Below, piece by piece: positions 30,243 through 36,755 of a DNA stretch of 39,692 bases. A program made the position numbers and the translations under genes. The first letter of the stretch is position 1; every line of letters begins with the position of its first letter. The notes under the pieces were generated by a model. That model searched no databases. It saw only the letters and a program-made list of their open reading frames with translations, and was not told where the DNA came from. The stretch covers positions 1-39,692 of the forward strand of contig DVJC01000034.1 in NCBI GenBank assembly GCA_018710835.1. Direction: 5' to 3'. This DNA is from Candidatus Limadaptatus stercoravium (GTDB lineage: Bacteria > Bacillota > Clostridia > Christensenellales > CAG-917).

Positions 30243-30876
30243 GGACACTATTTAGCGATCTGCTTTGTCAGCCCCCGTATTCAGACCTCTCACGTACGAT
30301 AAGTACGCTACGAGTCCTGAATACGGGGGCTTTCGCGCATATCATCTAAATATCGCGCCCTCAGATGACGTGCGCTTATTCAGGGAATACTTGAGTACGA
30401 CGATTGCTCGTTCGGAGACGGAAAAGAAAACTTATACCTGATGTTTACTCATTCGAAGACGGAATAAATCATTATTTTCTTGACGTACACTCGTTCGAAG
30501 ATGTTCCCACGCGCCGCTCAGCCAAAGGAGCCCCACAAAAATTCAAAGACTTTTTGTGGGGACCCCGGACTTGCACAGGCGGTGTAACCGCCTCTTGCAA
30601 GTCGCGGCGCGAAAAGTGAGTGCCGAGCACTAGACGAATACTTGAGTAGACACGGGCGTGAGTGTGCGAGCGCCGAATTCCTCCGCCCGTGCAGGGATTT
30701 CAGTGGGTACCGTTCTCCGCTTGGTTATGTGAGTGCGATACCAAAATTTTGGTATTCGTATAGCGTTAGTCCCGCATTTTGGGAGCACGGCACTCCATTC
30801 TGCACGGGGGAGGAAAGCCCGAAGGGAAGGAGGGGGCACAACATTCCCCGTGTGATTGCGGAGTTTATTGTTTTTT
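30243..30876 (+). repeat. Copy B of the dispersed ~0.6-kb modular non-coding element, starting directly after the pnp stop codon
   Basis: The 5' hairpin module is shared with copy C. The sub-repeats, two hairpins and the 3' domain are shared with copy A. No conserved ORF. Confidence 0.85.
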
Positions 30877-30983
30877 CAGTTCCGTGACATAAAAGTTTGA
30901 TTGCAGGGCGGCCGGGGGAGTATTTTCTTCTCGCCGCCGCGGCTCTCTCCGTCCGCGCAAATACGCAGAAGGAGACAGCAGCA

Positions 30984-31208
30984 ATGGACAAGAAAAAGAT
31001 CGCATTTATTGTCATCACCGCAATTTCCGTCGCGGCGTCGCTCGTCGCGTGTGCGCTGGGGATCCCGTACGCTCCCGTGGACGTCGGCTACGACTATGTA
31101 CAGCCCGACGCCGCGGAAACCGACGCGGAAGAATGTGCGGATGAGGCGGCAGCCGCCGCACATGCGGTGACATCGCGCGGAGTCTCCGCCGAAACGGGGA
31201 CGGACTGA
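30984..31208 (+). CDS. Small putative lipoprotein (hypothetical)
   Basis: MDKKKIAFIVITAISVAASLVAC has a signal peptide with lipobox LVAC. RBS aaggag lies 9 nt upstream. The acidic C-terminal half is low complexity. Confidence 0.5.
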   Translation: MDKKKIAFIVITAISVAASLVACALGIPYAPVDVGYDYVQPDAAETDAEECADEAAAAAHAVTSRGVSAETGTD

Positions 31209-31251
31209 CTCCCGCGGCGGCGCGTACCTCCGCGACGGGCGGAGGGTGAAC

Positions 31252-31286
31252 GGGCGCGGAGCGTGGGCTCCGCGCCCTTTGAAATT
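31252..31286 (+). terminator. Intrinsic terminator
   Basis: gggcgcggagc-gtgg-gctccgcgccc followed by tttgaaatt. Confidence 0.65.
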
Positions 31287-31406
31287 GCGGCGCTCCGAAC
31301 GGCGGCGTAAAAAAACGGCGGTCTGCGCTCCCTCTTCCGTGCGGCGCGGTTCTGTCTGCCGCGCTCCGGCATATGATGATAAGAATAAACGTATAGCGAG
31401 GTGGAT

Positions 31407-32462
31407 ATGAAAACGAAAGTCTGGTTGGTGGAAAGCGCGTTCTCGGGACGTGTGATCCTGGGGCGCAGGGCGGAGGATTATCTCGCGGCGGAATTTGCCG
31501 CCTTCGACTGCGAGAGGGTTAAATGCGCGGAGGAATGCGACTTTTCCGACGACGCGCTGCATGCGGTCATTCCGCTCGATATGCCTCTCATCACCGCCGA
31601 TGACGTGGAGAGGGGCGCGGAGTACGTCAGAAAGCACGGGCTGGGCACGCTGTCCCTGGGCGGCAGCGGTTCCGGCGCGAAAATCGTGAGGGCTGCGGAG
31701 GGCAGGAAAGGGTATTTTCTCACTTCGCCGCACTTTGTAAAAGCAGATAGTGCAAAAAATCTGTCTTTGGTGTATAATCAAATGAAAGAAAGGATAATCG
31801 ACCGTCTGCTCGCATCGGGCGTGACGGTGACCGATCCGTCCAACACCGTCGTGGACGACACCGTCAGCATCATGCCCGGCGCGGAGATCCTGCCCTTTTG
31901 CAGGATAGAGGGAGCGACGAGGATAGAGAGCGGCGCGCGTATAGAAGGAGCTTATCTGAAGGACTCCGTCATAGGGCGCGGCGCGCGTATCGTCATGTCC
32001 TATCTCACGGATACGCGCGTGGGAGAAGGCAGCGAGGTCGGTCCTTTCGCGCGTCTGCGCGGCGCGGAGATCGGCGCGGGGTGCAGAGTGGGTGACTTCG
32101 TGGAGATCAAGAACTCCGCCTTCGGCGACGGCGCAAAGAGCGCGCATCTTGCCTACATCGGCGACGCTGAAGTGGGCGCGCGCACCAACGTGGGATGCGG
32201 AACGGTGTTCTGCAATTACGACGGCAGGCGCAAACACCGCACGTCCGTGGGAGAGGATTGCTTCATAGGCGCGAATGTAAATCTCGTCGCGCCCGTGAGC
32301 GTGGGCGACGGAGCGTTCGTTGCCGCCGGGACCACCGTCACCGACGACGTCGAGGACGGCGCGTTCGTCATAGGCAGGAGCAGACAGACCGCAAAGCGCC
32401 GCCGGGAACCGGACGTGGAGGGCGGCGCGGACAAAACAGACAAAACTCGGACGGAGAAGTGA
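31407..32462 (+). CDS. GlmU-like protein: intact left-handed beta-helix acetyltransferase domain, reduced N-terminal domain
   Basis: The C-terminal hexapeptide-repeat region matches GlmU (SHLAYIGDAEVG..NVGCGTVFCNYDG..KHRT.VGEDCFIGANVNLVAPV). The N-terminal part is only ~110 aa and lacks the LAAGxGTRM loop. It sits in the glmU position upstream of pth-mfd. Confidence 0.72.
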   Translation: MKTKVWLVESAFSGRVILGRRAEDYLAAEFAAFDCERVKCAEECDFSDDALHAVIPLDMPLITADDVERGAEYVRKHGLGTLSLGGSGSGAKIVRAAEGRKGYFLTSPHFVKADSAKNLSLVYNQMKERIIDRLLASGVTVTDPSNTVVDDTVSIMPGAEILPFCRIEGATRIESGARIEGAYLKDSVIGRGARIVMSYLTDTRVGEGSEVGPFARLRGAEIGAGCRVGDFVEIKNSAFGDGAKSAHLAYIGDAEVGARTNVGCGTVFCNYDGRRKHRTSVGEDCFIGANVNLVAPVSVGDGAFVAAGTTVTDDVEDGAFVIGRSRQTAKRRREPDVEGGADKTDKTRTEK

Positions 32463-32484
32463 CCTTCCCGTCGGGGGAGGCAAT

Positions 32485-33063
32485 ATGTACGTCATTGTCG
32501 GGCTCGGCAACCCCGGGACCAGGTACAGGAACACTTATCACAACATCGGATTCATGGTCGCGGACGCGGTCGCAAAGAAGTGCGGGCTGCGTTTTTCGGG
32601 CAAGGAATGCGCCGCGCTCACCGCAAAGGGAAAGACGGGCGGCGTGCCTTTCGTCATAGCCAAACCGCAGACTTTCATGAATCTCTCCGGCGGGAGCGTG
32701 AAGCAGCTGGCGAGGAAGTACTGCGACGACGAGAGCGAACTCGTCGTGGTGTACGACGACGCGGATCTTCCCGTGGGGCGCATGCGCTTCCGCGAGGAAG
32801 GCAGCGCGGGCACGCACAACGGAATGAGGAGCATCGTGAGCGAGCTCAACACCACTTCGTTCAAGCGGCTGCGCATAGGGATAAAAACGGAAGAACTTGC
32901 GGCAAAAGAGGTTGATATAGTCGATTTGGTGCTTTCAAAGGTCGATTACGCCGATAAAGCCGCCATAGACAAGTGCGTGGACGAGGCGGCGCAGGCGGTG
33001 CTCGACCTCGTCGCCGGGACGGATGTGCAGCGCATAGAGGAGAGGATAAACAGAAGAAAATGA
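32485..33063 (+). CDS. pth: Peptidyl-tRNA hydrolase
   Basis: VGLGNPG..Y..T.HNIGF, MNLSG and DD.DLP.G..R....GS.G.HNG motifs. Confidence 0.95.
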   Translation: MYVIVGLGNPGTRYRNTYHNIGFMVADAVAKKCGLRFSGKECAALTAKGKTGGVPFVIAKPQTFMNLSGGSVKQLARKYCDDESELVVVYDDADLPVGRMRFREEGSAGTHNGMRSIVSELNTTSFKRLRIGIKTEELAAKEVDIVDLVLSKVDYADKAAIDKCVDEAAQAVLDLVAGTDVQRIEERINRRK

Positions 33064-36000
33064 AGCCGGAAATGCTGGACATCAGACACTTCGGAGAAGG
33101 GCTCAGCGACCTCGCCGTGCTGGATTCGCCGCGCATTCCCGGCAGGCTTTCCGGCGTGTCCGTCGTCCGCATAACGGACGGCGCGAAGGCTCATCTCGCG
33201 GCAGCCGTACCGGGCAGGAAGATCTACGTCGCGCCCGATCCGCCCGCGGCGCGGAGCATGCTGACGAAGATATCGTCTTTCCCCGGAGTGAGGGCGGTGT
33301 TCCTCTCCCACCGCGACGACGTGCTGATGTGCCGGGGCAGCTTTTCCGTGCGCGGCGCAATGGACCGCGCCGCGGCTCTCGGGAAGCTCGCATGCGGAGA
33401 AGCGGACATAGCGGTCGTGTGCGCGGACGCGCTGCTGCAGAAGTTTCCGCGCGCGGATCTCGTGCGCGCCCTCACCGTGCGCTTCGAGCGTGAGGACGTC
33501 ATCTCTCCCCAGGACGCGGCGGACAAGCTCGCCGCGGCAGGGTATGTGCGCCGCGAAATGGCGGCGGATCCCGGCGAATTCGCTTTGCGCGGCGACATTC
33601 TGGACATCTGCACCGCGGACGGCGCGTTCAGGGTGAACTTTTTCGACGAACTCGTCGAGAGTGTGAAGAGTCTGGACCTTTCCAGCATGCTTTCCGTGGA
33701 CGATCTCGACGGGGTGACCGTATATCCGGCGACGGACGTGCTCTTCTCGGAGAGGGACGCGGAGCGCGTATACGCCGCGCTGTGCGCGCACGGGGGCAAT
33801 CCGGCGGCGGTGTCCCTTGCGGACAGAGTGCGTGCCGGCGCCGCGCCCGCCGAACTTGCGTGGGCGCAGGTGTTTTCGGAGGACAATTCCTCCTTCCTTT
33901 TCGACTGTTTCGGCGGGAGCGCGGACGTTCCGCCCGTGGTCATTTTCGACGAGCCGAAGATAATTGCGGACAAGATCGACATCCTCACCAAAGAATTCCG
34001 CGGCAGGATAGAGCCGCTTTCCGCGGCGGGGGAGATCCTGCCCGAACATGCGGACGCGCTGTTCACACCCGGTGAGGTGCGGCGCAGGATAATGCTTGCG
34101 CGCAAGGTGTCTTTCACCGCGCTGGATCTGGGCAATCCGCTGTTCGAACCCACCGAACTTCTCACCCCGAAGACGCGTCCCGTCACCAAGTATTACCTCG
34201 CGCCGGACAGCGTGGGGCAGGATCTGAAAAACTTCGTGATAAGCGGATTCAGAGTGCTGGTGTGCGCAGGCGGCGCGGAGCGCGCCAAGAGCGTCATGGA
34301 GAGCCTTGCGGAGCAGGAAGTCGGTTCGGAGTATTCCGCCGACGGAGAGGGGAGCGCGTCCGTGCAGGTGACGCCGCTGGGGATAGAAACGGGCTTCATA
34401 TACCCCGCCGAGAAACTCGCCGTCATCGGCGTGTCGGAGTGCGTGGGCAAGCGGCGCGGATCAGGCATAACTTTGCCGAAAACGCAGTTTACCGCACCGA
34501 AAGCGGGTGATTATGTGGTGCATCGCGTACACGGCATAGGTCTGTGCGAGGGCACCACGATAATGAAAGCGGGGGAGTTCGAGAAAGAGTACGTCGTACT
34601 CCGCTACCGCGACGGGGACGTGCTCTACGTCGCCACGGACCAGATGGACAATCTGCAGAAGTTCGTGGGAGAGGAGCACCCCAAGCTCAACAAGATAGGC
34701 GGCAAGGAATTCGCGCGCGAGAAGGAAAAGGTGCGCAAGTCCGTGCGCAAACTCGCCATCGATCTTCTGAAACTTTACGCCGAACGCGAGAAGAAGAAAG
34801 GACACGTTTACTCTCCCGACACCGTGTGGCAGAAGGAGTTCGAGGACGCGTTCGAGTACGAGGAAACGGCGGATCAGCTCAAGGCGATCGAAGCGGTCAA
34901 ACAGGACATGGAGCAGGGCAGGATCATGGACCGGCTGCTGGTGGGCGACGTCGGATTCGGCAAGACGGAGGTCGCATTCCGCGCCATGTTCAAGACGGTG
35001 ATGGACGGCAAGCAGGCTGTGCTCGTCGCGCCCACCACCATACTCGCCCGTCAGCATCACGAAAACCTCGTGAAACGGCTGGAGCCTTTCGGCATAGAAT
35101 GCGCGCTGCTCACGCGCCTGCAGACCTCGTCCGAGAATGCGGAAACGGTAAGGCGCCTCGGCGACGGGACGCTGTATATGGCGATCGCCACGCACAAGGT
35201 GCTCTCGCGCGGAGTGGAATTCAAGGACCTGGGGCTTCTCGTCCTGGACGAGGAGCAGCGTTTCGGAGTGGAGCACAAGGAGACGCTCAAGGCGCGCAAT
35301 CCGCTTGTCAACGTGCTCACCCTTTCCGCCACGCCCATACCGCGCACGCTCAACATGGCGCTTTCGGGAGTGCGTGACATCTCTCTTCTGGAAACCGCGC
35401 CGCGGGGCAGACTGCCGGTGCAGACGTACGTCACGCCGTATTCCGACGCGCTGGTGGCGGACGCGGTGACGAGGGAGTGTGCCAGGGGCGGACAGACGCT
35501 GGTGCTGCTCAACGACATCAACGCCCTCGACGGCTTTGCGGAGAAGCTCCGCGCCATGCTCCCGGCGGGGACGGGCATAATCACCGCCCACGGACAGATG
35601 GCGGGCGGAGAGCTGGAAAAGCGCATCGCGGCGTTTTACGAGAAAAAGTACGACGTGCTGGTCGCAACGACCATCATCGAGAACGGCATAGACCTCCCGG
35701 ACGCAAACACGCTCGTGGTAGTGGATTCGGGACGTTTCGGGCTGTCGCAGCTTTATCAGCTGCGCGGCAGAGTGGGACGGCGCGGAGTGCTGGCGCACGC
35801 TTATTTCACCGTGCCCGAAAACGGGGTGCTCACGGCGGACGCGGACAAACGTCTGCGCGCTCTCATGGAAAATACCGAGATAGGCAGCGGATTCCGCATC
35901 GCGCTGTCCGACTTGTCCATACGCGGCGCGGGCACGCTGCTCGGAGCGGAACAGCACGGGCATATAGAGCGCGTGGGCTACGAGATGTACATCGAACTGC

Positions 36001-36509
36001 TCAACGAGGCGGTGGAAGAGATGCGCACGGGCAGAAAGCCGGAAGAGGTGCGCGAAGTGGAGATGAAGGTGGACGTGCCGGCATACATACGCGAAGGATA
36101 CGTCAGCGGCAGGGACAAGCTGCGCATATACAAGCGGATGGCGGGAGTGGCTACCGCGGCGGAAAGGAACGCCGTGCTGTCCGAACTGACCGAGGTGTAC
36201 GGCGCGCCGGACGCGGCGCTTGTCAATCTGGTCGACGTGGCTCTTCTCAAGAACCTCGCAAGGGGATTCGGAGCGGCGCGCGTCATCGTCAACCGCAACG
36301 GCGCGGGTGTGGTGTTCGCCGACGCCGGCGTATTCGGCGACGAAACGCTGATGAAGACCGTGGCGGCGCACCGCTCGGACGCCGTGCTCACGAGCACCGT
36401 GCCGCCCTCTCTCGTGTTCGACGTCAAGGGGCTGCCCAACACCGAAAAGCTGGCAAAACTCATCGCGTTTTTCGAGGAGGCGGTGTCGTCGGGCGGTTCC
36501 GCGGCGTGA
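33060..36509 (+). CDS. mfd: Transcription-repair coupling factor
   Basis: UvrB-homology N-terminus, the CarD-like RID (GDYVVHRVHGIG), helicase motifs (GDVGFGKTEVA, DEEQRFG, QLYQLRGRVGR) and the TRG/D7 region. The ATG at 33060 overlaps the pth stop. Confidence 0.95.
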   Translation: MKPEMLDIRHFGEGLSDLAVLDSPRIPGRLSGVSVVRITDGAKAHLAAAVPGRKIYVAPDPPAARSMLTKISSFPGVRAVFLSHRDDVLMCRGSFSVRGAMDRAAALGKLACGEADIAVVCADALLQKFPRADLVRALTVRFEREDVISPQDAADKLAAAGYVRREMAADPGEFALRGDILDICTADGAFRVNFFDELVESVKSLDLSSMLSVDDLDGVTVYPATDVLFSERDAERVYAALCAHGGNPAAVSLADRVRAGAAPAELAWAQVFSEDNSSFLFDCFGGSADVPPVVIFDEPKIIADKIDILTKEFRGRIEPLSAAGEILPEHADALFTPGEVRRRIMLARKVSFTALDLGNPLFEPTELLTPKTRPVTKYYLAPDSVGQDLKNFVISGFRVLVCAGGAERAKSVMESLAEQEVGSEYSADGEGSASVQVTPLGIETGFIYPAEKLAVIGVSECVGKRRGSGITLPKTQFTAPKAGDYVVHRVHGIGLCEGTTIMKAGEFEKEYVVLRYRDGDVLYVATDQMDNLQKFVGEEHPKLNKIGGKEFAREKEKVRKSVRKLAIDLLKLYAEREKKKGHVYSPDTVWQKEFEDAFEYEETADQLKAIEAVKQDMEQGRIMDRLLVGDVGFGKTEVAFRAMFKTVMDGKQAVLVAPTTILARQHHENLVKRLEPFGIECALLTRLQTSSENAETVRRLGDGTLYMAIATHKVLSRGVEFKDLGLLVLDEEQRFGVEHKETLKARNPLVNVLTLSATPIPRTLNMALSGVRDISLLETAPRGRLPVQTYVTPYSDALVADAVTRECARGGQTLVLLNDINALDGFAEKLRAMLPAGTGIITAHGQMAGGELEKRIAAFYEKKYDVLVATTIIENGIDLPDANTLVVVDSGRFGLSQLYQLRGRVGRRGVLAHAYFTVPENGVLTADADKRLRALMENTEIGSGFRIALSDLSIRGAGTLLGAEQHGHIERVGYEMYIELLNEAVEEMRTGRKPEEVREVEMKVDVPAYIREGYVSGRDKLRIYKRMAGVATAAERNAVLSELTEVYGAPDAALVNLVDVALLKNLARGFGAARVIVNRNGAGVVFADAGVFGDETLMKTVAAHRSDAVLTSTVPPSLVFDVKGLPNTEKLAKLIAFFEEAVSSGGSAA

Positions 36510-36681
36510 CACCGCGGCGGACTTGCGCGGGGCGGTTTTTGTCCCGCGTCCGCCGGATAAGCCTAGGATATCCGGGTCGAAAAGAGGGGCGGAACGCCTC
36601 ATTTCGGCGCCGCGGAACGCGAAAACGCGCACGATCCCGCTCCGCAGGCAGGGTTAAACACCCGTTTTGTGTTGAAAACGC

Positions 36682-36710
36682 TTGCGGGCGCGCTTGCGTG
36701 TGTGTATAAT
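36682..36710 (+). promoter_or_regulatory. Putative sigma-70 promoter (ttgcgg, 17 nt spacer, TG-extended tataat)
   Basis: ttgcgg at 36682-36687 and tgtgtataat ending at 36710, 45 nt upstream of the ATG at 36756. Confidence 0.5.
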
Positions 36711-36755
36711 ATTCGTACTGTTGCAATCAATCTGCGATAACTATTCGGAGTGTAT

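Noticed and set aside
30243-30352. The 5' hairpin module considered as an integron attC site or an IS200/IS605-type (PATE) end.
   Set aside because: The evolutionary pattern (variable paired stem, conserved flanks, position after a stop codon) is reminiscent of these. However, I find no RYYYAAC/GTTRRRY core sites. No integrase or TnpA/TnpB gene is in the window, and the flanking genes (pnp, prsA-like) are core genes rather than cassettes. I keep it only as an analogy in the findings.
30404-30619. Small ORFs inside the repeat copies give similar peptides. 30404-30619 gives ...SAKGAPQKFKDFLWGPRTCTGGV. 7135-7482 on the minus strand gives ...HPREPHKKYEDFLRGPQAFTGGV. 39191-39568 gives ...PAKKYPTKNPCRFFAGAPDL.
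   Set aside because: The similarity comes from nucleotide conservation of the hairpin region. Single-nucleotide indels shift the frame between copies, the starts and stops are not conserved, and there are no RBSs.
30803-30825. gggggaggaaagcccg resembles the RNase P RNA P4 motif GAGGAAAGUCC.
   Set aside because: The invariant AGUCC is changed to AGCCC. The matching 3' P4 strand and other RNase P elements are absent. The motif occurs in multiple copies within 40 kb, whereas RNase P RNA is single copy.
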